A stretch of DNA of 64,000 nucleotides from Antedon mediterranea (GCF_964355755.1 NC_092670.1:3214201-3278200), one strand, 5' to 3'. Shown: positions 41,101 to 56,100, counted from the stretch's first letter. Notes: generated by a model from the letters alone, not told the origin. A program made the numbers and translations.

Positions 41101-44100
41101 GTTATATATTTTAGTATGTACACACAATGCTTTCAGCTTTTGCTGCTTTTTGTATTACATTTTTATACTGTAATAAATAAATACATTTTTTTTAGTAGAA
41201 TCCATTAATAAAAATTGGGGAAAACCCTGTATTTTTGCATAAAATGCAGTTTGTGACCTTCAGTTAGATCAAAATAATGTATACCAATGCCATTAAATAA
41301 GTGCAATATTTAACCCTAACCCTAACACAATGTAGGATTACAGAATATTCATTTTTTGGAAAAAAAGAAACAAACATACTTTCTGTATTGCTTGATGATC
41401 CAGCTCCACTTCTTGATTGTTCACCTAAAAAGAAAGTATTTTAGTACAGTATTACAACATCCATGTTATTGATTACTATCCATTTCGATAATTTTTTTCC
41501 CTCAAACCATTCTATACTACAGAACTATATCATTTATTTCTGCTGTATTTGTGAATGAGCTAATTATACTGCTTTGGTTTACCTTTTAGTGTTGTCAATG
41601 CCTCGACTTCTTTCGTCATCTTCTTATCTGTAAGCAGTTCAATGAATTTGTCCATCTCATTTCCTTCTGCAAGTGTGCCTTTCATTTCTAATTTTAAGAT
41701 TAACCAAAACGGATCCGTTTTGTCACTGACTTTAATGTCTTTAAGGTGGCCAATTCTGAAAATGTTGTCTGTATTCAATTTCTGACCAAACGCTATCAAT
41801 TTTCTTCGATGCTCTGAAAAATGTTTGAATGGAATGCATTTGAAGTTTGGTAATTTCACAGTTTTCGCAATCACATCTTGAACACCCTGAAGTCCGCATA
41901 TATTAGTGGCTTCAACAAGAATACCAATGTCTGCCGGTTTGAGAAGTCCAGATCCCTTAAGTAGACCAAGCAGATCATAGGGTGTATTTCCACTCTCTAT
42001 TTTGTTCAAAGTAATGGTTGTATCACGATACGTGAACTCGCTTAGTAACACTCTCAGCATGTGAATGTTTCCATTTTCCTTCCACCACCAGTCTGATACC
42101 TCTACGAGCAGTTTATTGTAATCGTCTTCATTCCAATCTAATAATAGTAATAATATGATTCATTAATAATAATATCATTACGTGTTAAAGAGTCAAAACT
42201 GTACCATATAATATGTGGTAAAATAATGTATTGATTTTATATTTATTCTGACATTGTATTTAAGGCACTTAATTCCTGCTCCTGTCCATCAGTCACATTC
42301 AATTTACTGCGAATCGTTTTCTATCTATCGAGACAGCATGAACAAATTGTAATTTTGCAAACTGGCCAATTGGAACTTTTGGTTTTATTTACTAATGAAT
42401 TATTCATGAAAACCTTTGACACGGCATCTACGAACCACGTGATATTGTTTTTGAATCAACAAAGCCATTATAATTTGTGTCAAACAAGGGTGAATGACAC
42501 CGATGTTTAAAAAAAAATGTTAGGCTATTCATGGAGGTATTATACCTCCATGGGCTATTCGAATGTTAAAATTTCGTCTAATTTGTTGAGGCTGTAATAA
42601 AACAATGCAATTTTTGAGAAGGTGGGTTTTATAGTTTCTGGATATTTGATTTTTCAATAGTAGTTAATAAAAAAATCTTGTTTGGTGTTATTTTTTTTTA
42701 ATAGCTGCTTAAACATGTGCCTGTCACGATAAATATGGTCCGGGGCCAAAATCGGTCCGGCCGGACCAGTTTTGGCTCTAAAATTGTGGCCAAAAGCAGT
42801 CCGCCACTGCCAAAATCGGTCCGGGCTTTTCTTCTGTCGATTTTAATTGAATTACTAGGCCTATGATGCTGTTTTAAGTTGTTTATGGCTAGAAAAATAT
42901 CCCATGATATATATTAGTAAGTTATCTTGTCGGATAAATACTATATAAATAAATGTATTTTATCTAGAAATTTCGGCCTGCCACACACTCACATGAACGG
43001 GTATGAGACGCTGATATTGCCAGCTAGATTTTATTTATGATTGAGGCCTTTTTCCTTCCTCAACCTAATCAATATTGGATAATTGTTTTATAATAATTGT
43101 ATTGAATTTATTGATTGATTAACCATAAATAATTAATAAATTAAATTGTTTTTAACATCATGGGGAAACGAAGATGTTAAAAAAGAACAAAATGGATTGA
43201 AAACAGGCAGAGATACATATTGTATACAAAAAGCCTAACAATTAGTACTAATTATTGATGAGTTACTACTAATAATGATAATTAAAAAAACAGGCTTAAT
43301 TTATAAAATTAAAATAGCAAATAAAACCCCGTAGTTTTCAATATAATGACTAATCATGGCCTATTTTTAATGATATATACATTATGACTCATTTTGCGCA
43401 CCATATATTTGTAAGACCGGACCATATTTGGCGGCCAAAAACAGTCCTATTGCCCGGACTGATTTTATCCAGGCCGGACCAGTTTTGGCGGCCAAAATTG
43501 GTCCGGCCGGACAGGTTTTGGCAGCCATAAATGGTCCCCCGGACTGATTTTGGCAGCCAAAACTGGTTCGCCGGACCGATTTTGGCCCAGACTGATTTTG
43601 GTTTGACATGCCTTCTTGGGTATTGTACTGTTGAAAATGGAACACATAAAATCATTTTTACGCCATAAGATTAAAAATGTTGCTTTTTAAAATAATAAGA
43701 GCAATATATATATAGGGAAACTGTTTTTAATCATAAAACTTTACAAAGCCTCTTTGTTTTATTTATAAATAAACAGATTTTCAGTTAGGAGACCCAGGCT
43801 AATAGTGGGGTAGTGCGTGCAATGTTGGCGCGTGTTCATTGTTGGGCGCGCGTTATTTATATAGGCCTAAGAAAATAACAATAAATGATTACAAATAATT
43901 ATAACTAAATAATGATTATTATTAATTTAATGTTGTTTTGTTTTTTACAGACCACAGAGGGTTGTTCTTATAAGCTTTCTGCATTCTTCAATACAATAGC
44001 ATTAAATCAACAACAATTTCTCCTATTAATTTACCGGCATATGTGAAACAACACTATTAATAATACAGTAATAGAGAGAAATGGCGAACCGCGATGACGT

Positions 44101-47100
44101 CACTCAAATTTCACTGAGTGGGTATAGATTGTAAACAAACCATTTCGCCACATGTTTGAGGGGTTGAGTTAAAAAAGTAGTTAGAAAAGAACGTTTAAAA
44201 CACACATAATAGCAGTATCTTTTTTTTTTTTGGCAACCCCTTAACAATTTTAATGTTATATGGGCAAATCTTAACATATTTTATTTTAATTTGGATTGAA
44301 TTAAGACGCGTTTTTGTTATATACTGTACCCAGCTCTAGGCCCTAGATATTGGCCTGTATATGCTATAGTACCTCGACGAGTACTCGAGCCTAGCACGGA
44401 TTATCGGTTATTATAATAATAATAATAATAATAATCATAATAATAATAATATTGGAAATTCGTTATTGCATACTGTACTACTACTACTACTACTAATTTA
44501 GCTAGGGTGCTGCTAAGCCTCTCCTAGCTAGGTAGTAAGACTAAATAGAGCATCTCTAGTAGATGTAGGCCTAGCATTAGTTTCAGCTTGACAACTGCCA
44601 TTTTGTTATGTGGCTAGTGATCGCTTCCTTCCTGCAGGGGGCTATCGCCAGTAATGAATACTTGATAACACCATTCTACTATAATACTATAGGCCTAGTC
44701 TAATGTAGACCTACAGATATGAGATATTTTTAGGAATATGATTGTGAATGATAGATGACTTTTATACATAACAAGAATTATGAGCGTTAACAGCAACAAC
44801 ATAATAATTGGTTAGACGACGCCATGATTCACGTGTATAAACATAGGAAATGTGCCGCCCTCAAAGGTTTGTTATGATTTTATACCCACTCGGATTTTAG
44901 ACGCCGGTTCGCCATTTCTCTCTATTATGGATATCTATTTTTATTGCCAAAGGACATTTAATTTTTTAAATCTTTAACTTATCCTAATTTACTTATTTAA
45001 AGATTCAAGCGGAGGTTGGTTGTTGTGCGGTACAGTGAAATTTCATTTGGGCTCTGATAAAAAGTAATAATTTACAGCATATACTTAAATCAATCATACT
45101 TTAGTGACAGGTGACATTAGCATGTAGTTATTAGGAAATTACTAGTAAGTCCCCACTTCACCCAATTCTTAATAATTTTAAGAAAAATAATAAATAATTT
45201 GTTTCACAATTTATAAGCCCTGTGTCCCCATATATTAGATTAGATTATAAATCAGCCACTTAACAAGAATTACAATCGAGGGGCCAATGATTCTTTTCGT
45301 CTAAGGAAACAATTATTCCAGCTCTGCCGCGTCTTCATAGGCCTACACGCACCATGCTTTCGCTAAAAACAAACCTATATTCCTTATAGAATTTATTTGA
45401 AAAATAACACCAAGCTTATATTTATGTTTATCTTAGAATTCGAATAAATGAATCCACAACTAAAATTGGTACTGTTGTGGTTTTAATATATGAATGTTCC
45501 TAATAAACCGAAATCAATCAAACAACAATATAATTTAATATAAACGAGTTAAAACGGAAATTTAGACAGCCTATAAAACATGGAACTCGCGCTGTCGTGA
45601 CGTCATTGTATGGCCACACGAATGTAAAATATGGGATTTGTATCTCTATCGTTATTGCTCATCACATTCAATAGAGCGCATCTCGCTTATCCGTATTGCA
45701 TTTCCCCCGATATTTTAATACTGTCTAGGTCAATCAACTATTTTTCGCATGAGTTAAAAATATTTTTATTTTTATGACGTCATCATGCCTAAAAATTTAA
45801 ATTACGTGGGTCATTAATTTCATCTTTACAGTATTTTTTAATCTGTTATAGCTCGTAAGAATAAAATGTGATAATCACGATTAAAACGTTTTCTGGAAGC
45901 TATTGGATTGCAGATATGAAATCATGTGAACATTTTGCCAATCGGATGTTGTGATGTCATCATGTGGCCAGTTAAATAAAAAAAGTTGTATTTTCATCTT
46001 TTGCGTCATAATTCATTACATTTAAAAGAGCGCGCATCTATATATTACGTATTCAAATTTCTTCTACACGTTAATATGTTGTTGCTGAGATAATTTCCTT
46101 CCGAAATTGCTATCTTAGTGTTTCATTTTGATACCTTCGCCATGTTAAAAATTGGAATAAATGGCGGGTCCCGTAATTTCACCTATTCTACACTGTATGT
46201 AATATGTATACACATTATACTAGCTCTGTATACTATATGACACATAGACAGAATTCAGCACTAACAACATGTCATATTCTTCATTTCAGGTCATAATGCC
46301 ATAATCTTTATCTGTGTGCAATATTCCAACATATGACGTGCATGAGGCGTTTGTCGTGCGGATAACCTAGTTAAATATTATATTGCTATACTAAGAATGA
46401 CTGGTTCTGGTTTTAGATATAGCAACAATAACATAATGTTAATAATAAATGTTAATATATAAGAAATAGTTCATTATTATAAGAAATAGTTCATTATTTA
46501 AAACCACATGATCTAATTATATGTATGCATTTTAGAAGGATCAAAAATATTATTTAAGTCTATCCTACTGTACCTGATAATAAAGGACATGCATAGTCTG
46601 TTCTATCCATTTGTGGCGGTTGTCGTGGTAGATTTGAAGATGTAGATGGCGCATCTAAAATTACAAAATATATTAATACTCTAATTTATTTATTTGTTGA
46701 CCATTCATCTTTGAAAAGGTTGCACTCACAAAATGCGGTGAGGTCCAGTAAATAAAAACCAGAACATTTTGAAAAAAAAAAATTATTCATTAACCAATTT
46801 CATGTTCGCCTTGTTGTGTTCATGACAATAAAGATTCCTCTTATCTTATCTTATTAAAAATAACGAAGTTGAAATATATCCATGCAACAATACAAGCAAT
46901 CATCTTTTATCTAATTTTGGTAATTGTTAATAATACTGTACAGTGGAACTTCCTGTAGTGTAGACACCTCTTATAACAGCATAGGTGGATCCATAGGTGG
47001 ATCCAGGTGAGGGAGAGGACAGTGGAGTTAGAGCCATTAATGTATTAAAATTGTCCACCAATGTAAATATTTATTTTGTTCGATCTTGGAATAAAACTGT

Positions 47101-50100
47101 CAATGTTTTAGGCCATTTTAAACATTTCATAACTTGCCACAGACACACAGATTTTTGTGAATCAATTTGTATACTGTATTGGTTGAAATAACAAATTATT
47201 TTATTTTGATTATGTGTTTGTGGATAACTTTGATATTAAGGTCTGCGAAAAAAATAGTATATGTCATCATTGCCTCTTTACGTATAATGTTATGGATAAT
47301 TTAAAACATACTTTCTGAAAAGCTTGGTTGTCTACCTGTTATGCTTGATTGGGTCTCTGTAAAACCAAATTGTATACACAGTAGTTCACACTTTTGAAGC
47401 TAAACCAGTTTCTCAATTACCATTCATTACAAAAAGTAGTACTAATATAGAATTTGATGTGCATAAGAAAAAGAATTTCTTTATTGCAATTTTGAAATTT
47501 GTTTAATCTGGATAGAATCCAAACTATTAAAAGAACTATTAGAATTATTAGTGTTAATTGGAGATTAAGGAATGGTATGCTGGAAATGATTATTATTTTA
47601 TCTGTATGTAATACAGTTTTATATTATCATGTAATAGTAAAGTCATTTGTGTAGGCTCTGAAAATTCTTAGTAGAGTAGAGTTACATTTGAGGGTACCAC
47701 TGTACTGATGCTTAAAATAACTAAATTATAACATACCCAAGCCTTGATTTGGTATTCCAAGTCTCCCTGCGAAAGTAAACAACAAGACTCTTTAGCTTTG
47801 ATTGAACGGTCTTTGTTTGCTGTAACCACATTTAATTATTGAAAGTATTTCCAGTTGATCTGTGCTATGACAGCAAGATTAAGAATAATTTAATTTGCTA
47901 ACATATGCTAAGAACTGCTGGCAATCAAACAAAACAATCTTTGTACACTGTATCTCTTCCCATGGCCCTCAACCGAAAGCTGTAGTTTAATACTTACATT
48001 CAAATGGTAACTGGTATATTTGGTATCGTGTTTGTACTGTTAATATCTTTGCCTTAAATACATCTTTTCGTGGATCCTTTCTTTTTACAGAAAATTTGCT
48101 CCACGTTTTTGCTTGCCATATTTCATTAAATCTTACATTCTGTAAACAAATTTACCTCTTTTACAGAATTTAAAATGAAAGTAGGATAAAATATTTAAAG
48201 AAAGTTTAGAGTTAATGACAATGCCTAAAGTCTATGTAATGCCTAGCTTTCCTGGAAAAACTGTTAAATAGCCTATTTTTCTTGAAGAGCGAAAATTCAT
48301 CAACCACCCTGGCAAGTTCAAATCTGTTTTACTTCTGTTAATATTAAAATTATTATACCTGTGTTGGTGGGGTTACATCCCATCCTTCATCTTCTTTTTG
48401 TACTGTAATGTTCATATCGTTGTGCAATAAATCTATGCATTTTGGCATTTCTATGGCCGTCTCCCCATATTCTTTTTCCTCGCTCAATACCCTCTGAAAT
48501 ATGAATAAAGTATATCAGAAAACATTACATATTCTGTAGTGCATGTGTGCTTCAGCAGTGGATTTTTTATTTTATAACACACCTGATTGTATTCTTGCAA
48601 TTTGATTGATCAATTAGGCATCACGTTTCATTTTGAATTTGCCCTATCTAATGAAAAAGTGATATCTACAGTAATGGTGATAATGAACGACTCTAATGCA
48701 TGTTCAGCTTTGTGTAAACATTAATTGAGATTTTTTGCCATTCAATGTTGACTGATTCAGATCGGAAATCAACTTGCTGGGTGTGCCGTCCAAAACTGTT
48801 CTACTCCACGTCTAAAGTTGACTGCCTTTTTTAATTTTCCTAGCTTCCCAGCCTAGCATCGTCAATGATTTACAATGGATAACTTGAATAAAAGTAGGGG
48901 TGTTATAAAACAAATAATGAATGTTTGTATTCGTTGAATGGAGAGAATATTTCATTTGTTGAAAAATTGATTTCTCTATTTAACGAGGCATAAACATTAA
49001 TTATTTGTATAGTATCTTAATTCAAAATTATTATATAGTTATAACATCAACAACATTACCGTTTCTTCCTCGCTGTCCCAGGTTCTTACTCGAAGTTGTA
49101 ATTCATTATTCAGCACTTTTCCAAATACACCTAACATTACTCTCTTTTTAGCATAACAAATATTTTTTATAACAGCTACAAGAAGATAGTCAGAAAAATG
49201 GTTTAAACGTATACAACATTGACCCTTGTGTAAAGAAAAGGTTATGTCAACTTCATTTCTGTCCAGTTTTATTTTTTGCCATTCTCCTTGACTGGATTTT
49301 TTAACAAGTAAAGTGAATTTCCAACACTCTTCATTTACAGCATTATGTGGAAATGACAGCAAGCAGTGGTTTCTAAACACTGTGCCTGGTGGTCCACATC
49401 TAACAGCAGATGAAACTATTGTTTCAAGAGGATTAGATAAAGAAACAGTAGGAAAGGAAATGTTCTCTAATGAGACTTTAACATTCTTTCCTTCTTCAAT
49501 TGCTCCAGGATTTATCACCAATTTTATGTCTTTATCCTTAAGATAGAGAGTTCCACCTTCAGAGTTCACAATTAACTCCATAATTTGACCTGTGGGATGA
49601 AAATGTTTAGCATTATTTTATTACTTTTATTATTGGTTTATTTATTAACAATTATAGTAACTGCCAGAGAGGTTTACAATGTCACTGGAACGTTGTGCCA
49701 TAAAAAAAATACCTATTAGTTTAGTTTGTCTTTATGAAGTTAGTTTACCATTTTAATTGACTATTTTTGTGTAAATACTATAGCTATACCTGGTTCCGAT
49801 TTAACATTTTTATGTGTTTCTTGAAACTCTTCAATGCTGATCAATGACTTCTCAGGTGATTTATGGAATGAACCTGTTTTATAAAAGAATAATGATAAAT
49901 AACTGAACAAAATAGTCACTTGATCAGCCAGTATATAGTACAGGATAGATTTGAAGGACAATTTTGAAGGTGGGTTGGAAAAGAGGCTGATGGCTGGGCT
50001 TTCTAGAGCATTAGGCATTTCTCTCCCTTAGCAGAATCAGTCCATTTCAGGTGAAGAATATATATATATATATATATATTTCGATATACATTTTACTTAA

Positions 50101-53100
50101 GAATTAAATAACTAAAATTTATGATGATTAAAAAGTATGTTATGCCTATGTTTTCTTTCCTGTGTGTGTGGTATTTCCATCAAGTGTGTGCCACAATTGT
50201 TTTGAGGTAAACAATTGACAACAAAATAGGACATTTTAAGAAAAAAGTAAAACTGAGGCGGTTGAACATGGCATCTAAATGAAAGACATCTTGTGTTTGT
50301 ATTGTATAACCTTGACTGGTTGAACATGTACTGTATTCGTAAACACATTTTCTTCCACATGACTCCAGTGGGATAACCACTACACATACCACTGTACATT
50401 TATAAATATTCACACAGAGTAATATCAAAGAAACTAATATGCCTAATTAATGTGTTTATCTTTCCTCTTTCTCTTCTTTCTTGGCCCTTGTATGTTTTCC
50501 CTGTAGTATTTAAAGCTCTCAACTGTGTTTTATCGATATTAAACATTACACATTTTTATGATGGTGGTCCTGAAATTTGTAATTAGTAATGTATACCTTC
50601 ATCATCCTTGATCTGAATCATATTAGCAAGGTCTATTTGGCCATGATCATTTAGGGCAATACACAATACATCAAGTTGATTCACATCATTACTTATCTTG
50701 TTCCTCCAATATATCATCATTTCTTCAGCACCATTAATTAGATTTTTACCAAACTCAACCACCTTTGACCAGCTAAGACCCAAATTATAACCAAACGGTT
50801 GCCAATCAACGATTTCCTCAGACACTTTTCTGATGGTTGGATCATCCGCATATCCTGTGATAAGGAACAAATTCAGTGTTTACTTAAGCTATACAAGCTA
50901 TATTATTAAACTGATAACATTAAAATTTATTATGATCTTTTAATTTTATTATGATGGAAAACCTATTAAAACTGCTTACCTTCATTATGATTCTGTGATG
51001 GTTGTATAGCTATAAAAAACAAAACAAAAACATACAAATTTCAACAAACTGTGTACATATTTATTTTTAATTAGTACTGTATCTCAACTTTAATCAAAAC
51101 ATCCAAATTAAACTGTAATTATCTCTCCTACAAAGTATTTTTTCACCCCTGTTTGTTTGCCTATTTGTGGATTTATGTATGCACAGTATAATAGGCCTCA
51201 TTTTTATGCAATTCTTGACGGAATTTGAATTTGATGGGGCAGGGTCACATTTTCAACAACAAAAATATTTTATATAAATTTTTTACCGGTTACAAGCTAC
51301 ACTTTTTATCTGAATCTTGCAAAACAATGATTCAGATAAAGTAGTAGTTCAAATAAATCTTGGTAGAAGTACAGTATGCACTCTCATAATGCTTTCTAGT
51401 TAAACAAATTATTTTGCATTGTGCCAAAACACTAAAACTATATTAAAAAACTTACTTTCATCTTGTGACTTTAAAGTTTCTATAAAATAAATATATGTAA
51501 ATTAATCAATAATTTAATTGTACATTGTTATTATTTTTTGCATTTATATTTGATTATTCTGTAAAACTGTTGGAAAGTAGCCATTAGAAGTGTTCTCGTT
51601 TGTTTAGAGAAGGAAATCACTAAAAAAGTAATTAATATTAAGTCTATTTATTTATACTGTATAATTTATGTCATGCATTGAAAAGAAATGCATTTACCTT
51701 CAGGTAGTACATCTTCCCCAAACAATTTACGGTAAAGTTTAACTTCCATTTTATTGCTTCCACAAGGTAACTCATCTTTGTCAAACTTGCGAATAAGATG
51801 CATATGAGCATTTTGAATGTTTGGACTAGATGCACAAGGGATGTACATCCTTACTTCAAGACCTCGGGCATCCTTCTGACTGAATACTTTCAACTCTTTT
51901 TGAAGAAAATGAAGAACCTAAAAAACATATATATAACAATCATAATAATTTTCCTTTACTGTATGTACCCCAAGTGTTGAAAGATGAACAAGGTTCTTTA
52001 AAGTGCACTGGATCTCCAGTTTTAAACCCTTATTCAAGAAGACTTGTTCTACCACCAGGACTATAGTCAAGGAGTTCTTTGAATTTGTGTTTATTTTATA
52101 GGTCTGATTTAAAGCTCCCCTGCCTCTCAACAATTGAAGTTGTTCCTGTATTATCACTTTCATATCTACTAGCCTACCTTCTTACATACTTCAGGTAGTG
52201 GCTTAATGTTGTCTTCTAGAGAACTATCAGCCTTGATGCTTTTTGTTCTGACTATCGTTGTCTGCAATATACAATAATGAACCTTGTGAATGATAGTCTT
52301 GTATTTTTTTTAATAGATTACATGTTATTTCATTTGTCAGAGGTGAACACATTTTACAGATTATAGCAATCCATACAATAGACATGATCTTGATATACAA
52401 TATTGTACAGATAAATTTAAAAGGTTATTATGTGGTGAACTTAACCAAGGCATGGATTAAAGAATAGAAGGATATGCATCAGTTTGAGATCAAAGCTTCC
52501 ATGACTCTAACCTACAGAGCGTGGACCGCCCACAATGTATACAAAGTAAACACAGTTTAATTAACCGTCGTAACAACGAAACAGTCGCGTGCCTAATATA
52601 TTGTTTACTGCAAATGCTCAACAACCTTTAACCTTGTTGGCTATGCTTTCGCGCTCTTGCCTTGGTGGCGTGATTATTTTATATTTTTAGCGCTAGCTGC
52701 TTTGGTGACGAAACAAACTTTATGCGAACAATATGATATATAATTCAAATATAAAAATTGCATATTTTATTAATATTACCAACTACTTAAAATTACCAGT
52801 CGTAAGAAAGTGAACTTTTCGTAGTCCGATTGTGATGAAAACTGAAACAGAATTGTTCAGCAGTATATTGTTGTTGTCAATTAATCATCGATGCATGTCA
52901 ATAGAACATTTGGACTGCGCATACGATTTCTACATGGCTACGTTTTATTCTCAAAAAATGTAACAATTGATTCGCAGCGTGCTACAGAGGGCCGCAGTTA
53001 GAGACACGGAGTTCAATGAGCGTGTTTGTTTGATTGGCAGCATTGCTTTAGTATATATTGCAAGCACGTTGGAAAATCGTATGATATCACCGATGCATAT

Positions 53101-56100
53101 CCGTCTATTCTTTAATCCATGGTCAAGGCAAACCTTTAGATAATTTTACCTTTCATAAATTGTGTTTTTAATGTAGAAAATATGTGATTAAAATTGTTTT
53201 AATGAAAGTTATTGGTTATTTTTGGTGTAGAATACTTTGTAGATTATAGGCATTAAAATTTAAAAACTGATGACATGGCACTGGGTCTTTTATTTATTGA
53301 TTTTTCTACTATATATATTAAATACTGTACCAATTTTTAAAATGTACCTGTAACATACGGCAATGCTTAATGGTAGCCACATATAGAATGACTAAATGTT
53401 CAGCATCAATATTCAATTCTACATGCTCATACGATAGGCGAGGTTCAAAATCTTCCATTTGGAATTTCTCAATGAATTTGGTTGCAGCACGTTGAAAGAG
53501 ATCATCTGGAAGATAGCTACCAAAATCATGAAAGAGTGAAATTGCATACTTGTCTTCAAATTGGGGCACTGGTAAGGCTTCTGGTTTAAGACGTGAGAGA
53601 ACGTAGAAAATTTGTTCGTCATTCTATAAAATGAAAAGGAATATGTCTAATAGATGGATAGTTTTGTAAAGAAGATTAATTTAATAGTTGAAGGCATTCC
53701 TGGTTTCAATATCAATACCTTTTTACTAGCACACATTAAACCAAACTTTTCCATTAGAGACACAAAGAAGTCAAAACTCTCAGAATCACAGAACTCTTTC
53801 CACAGATATTTTAACAAACCAACTTCTAAAATGCCAGTGTCCAGTCTTTGCCAAGCTTTCCACATTACTGGCTCCTATTAAAAAATAAATAAAATTCTGT
53901 GTAGTTTTCAATTAGTCAAATTATTTAGGAATATTTAATAAGGACATTAGTAAGAAGATTTTTTAGTAACTTTGAATATAATTAGGATATTGAGAATATT
54001 GTTTCTTGTATACCTGTATATTTATTTGTACAGTTAAATACAGTATAACAAATTTCACAAAATTGTTATTGTAATGATTGTACACTGTACCTGTTGTTAC
54101 TGAAGTAAAAATTTTTTTGAAATAAAAATCTTACTTTTTGCTTTTTAGCATGATGCATACTGAATTTATATATTAGATACTAGAATAAGAATACAGATTG
54201 GAGAGAGCAGTGTCAAAATATTTATTTGCTAACCATATTTTCAGGCTCTTTAACAGTAATGAATGTTTTTGACATGTCAACTAGTTTCATCAAATCTATA
54301 ACTATTATATCTCTTAGTGCCTCATCATCTGGGTAGTAGAGAATCTCGCCAATGTCATGTAAATACTCAAGCAGGAATCGCTGATTTTCTGTAACTTCAC
54401 AGTCTTTTAGTAAAATGTGTACCTGTAAGAAAATAGGTTCATAATAAAAATTTACAATCTGAAATAACTCTAATTACTTTATTTTCATCATTTTTGTAAT
54501 TAATTTATGAATTGCATTTCACTAAATGTTCATGAAATTTAGATGCAAGTGTCATGATTTATCTATTATAAAGCACTTTATAAATTTATAATATCATCAG
54601 TACAATGGAGATGCAACAGTACAGTCAAGTCTTTCCAAATACAGATCAAAATGGTAATAAATTTTTTTTAAAGCAAGTAATATTAATTCTTTATAAAATA
54701 CTTCGTTTTCCATATTGCATTGATCATTTATAAAAATAATATTTGAATTTACAGAAGCGTGTTTTGCTTTTCAGTGTGTACCAATTTCTATGTTATTATT
54801 ACATCAGCATATTTTTAAAACGATTATTTTCATGCTTGTATTTAACCTTAGAAGTTGATAAATAGATGTGCTCTTTTTTGAAGCTTTGGATTTCCTGCTG
54901 TCCTCGCAGCCATTTTATTGGTAAAGTGCGAATCATTTTTTTGGAAAAGTCCAGTATATGTTTCATGATGACAGAAGCATTGCTCTGTTTAAATGGTACA
55001 CTGTTTTCAATGGTAAAGATAGTTGAAAACACCATAGCCTCAAATGGTTTGTCTTTTAGGGCTTGCCAAATTGTTTTCTTTATTTCTGCAATCTGAAAAG
55101 AAACAAATTATACATGTTTCATACATGATATTCATACAAGTTATCTGGGTGTCTCAACATTTAGAAATATGGCAGTAAACATAATGAATGATCTTCCTGT
55201 TTTATACTAAAATAAAACACTGAAATTAAAAAATTGAATGGTGCTACCACTGTCAAGTGTTTCCCAACTTGACCCAAGTTGTGGCACAAAATTCATTAAC
55301 AAATATCACTATTGTTTTTTTTTGCACCACCCTGTGTATTATTCACTCATTTCCGTTTCTCAATGGCAGATCTTGAATTCACCTTTTGTTTCTTTTCTTC
55401 TTCATTTCCTTTAAGGTCATTTAAATGTGTACCTATAAGTAAGACATGAGGAAAAAGCAGACCGTCTTCTGTCTTTGCGTCAGGTCTACTGTTTGTGTAT
55501 ATAGAACGAATCCAAGAAAGAATGAACCCCAGATTTGTCAATCGATGTGGATATGTTTCACCCTAAATAATACAATAGTACATTATTGACAACATAATAA
55601 CATTTAAATCTCAATCTCTTTGGTCGACTATTTTAATGTACTTGTTTACTTGTTTCCGGAGCTCAGCGGTGCTGGGCCCGTAGTCGAGGCTAGGCTATGC
55701 CTATAAGCCCCTCTTGATAATTACATCAACTCTTGAATATGGCGCAAATTTAATGTAGCGAGAGTTTTTAAATTTAATGTTTAAACTGAATAGACAGTAA
55801 CAAGTTTGAGGCTTGAAGCAATTTCACCAGAAGAGAGGTATTGCTAACATTTTTTTAAGGAATGAAATAATGTTAGTTTTCTTTAAGTTTGTTTAAGCTA
55901 ATAGTATAAGTACAGTGTAATTGTGACCAAATTATAAGTATGAAAAAAAAAAAACTTATTATAATACAACTTACAGTTGTTGGATTGAAAACCTTAGCTG
56001 GAACATTAAGATCATCACAAAGGTTGAATACTACACAAATAACAGCAAAAGATACCATGAAGATCTATGAGATCAATTAAACAGTGACATTCAATTAATT

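Noticed and set aside
43382-43655. Three overlapping ORFs
   Set aside because: They arise from GC-rich subterminal repeats of a non-autonomous transposon.
44990-45053. Linker exon resembling 14703-14759
   Set aside because: Only a short similarity, an immediate stop in phase 1, and no clear donor.
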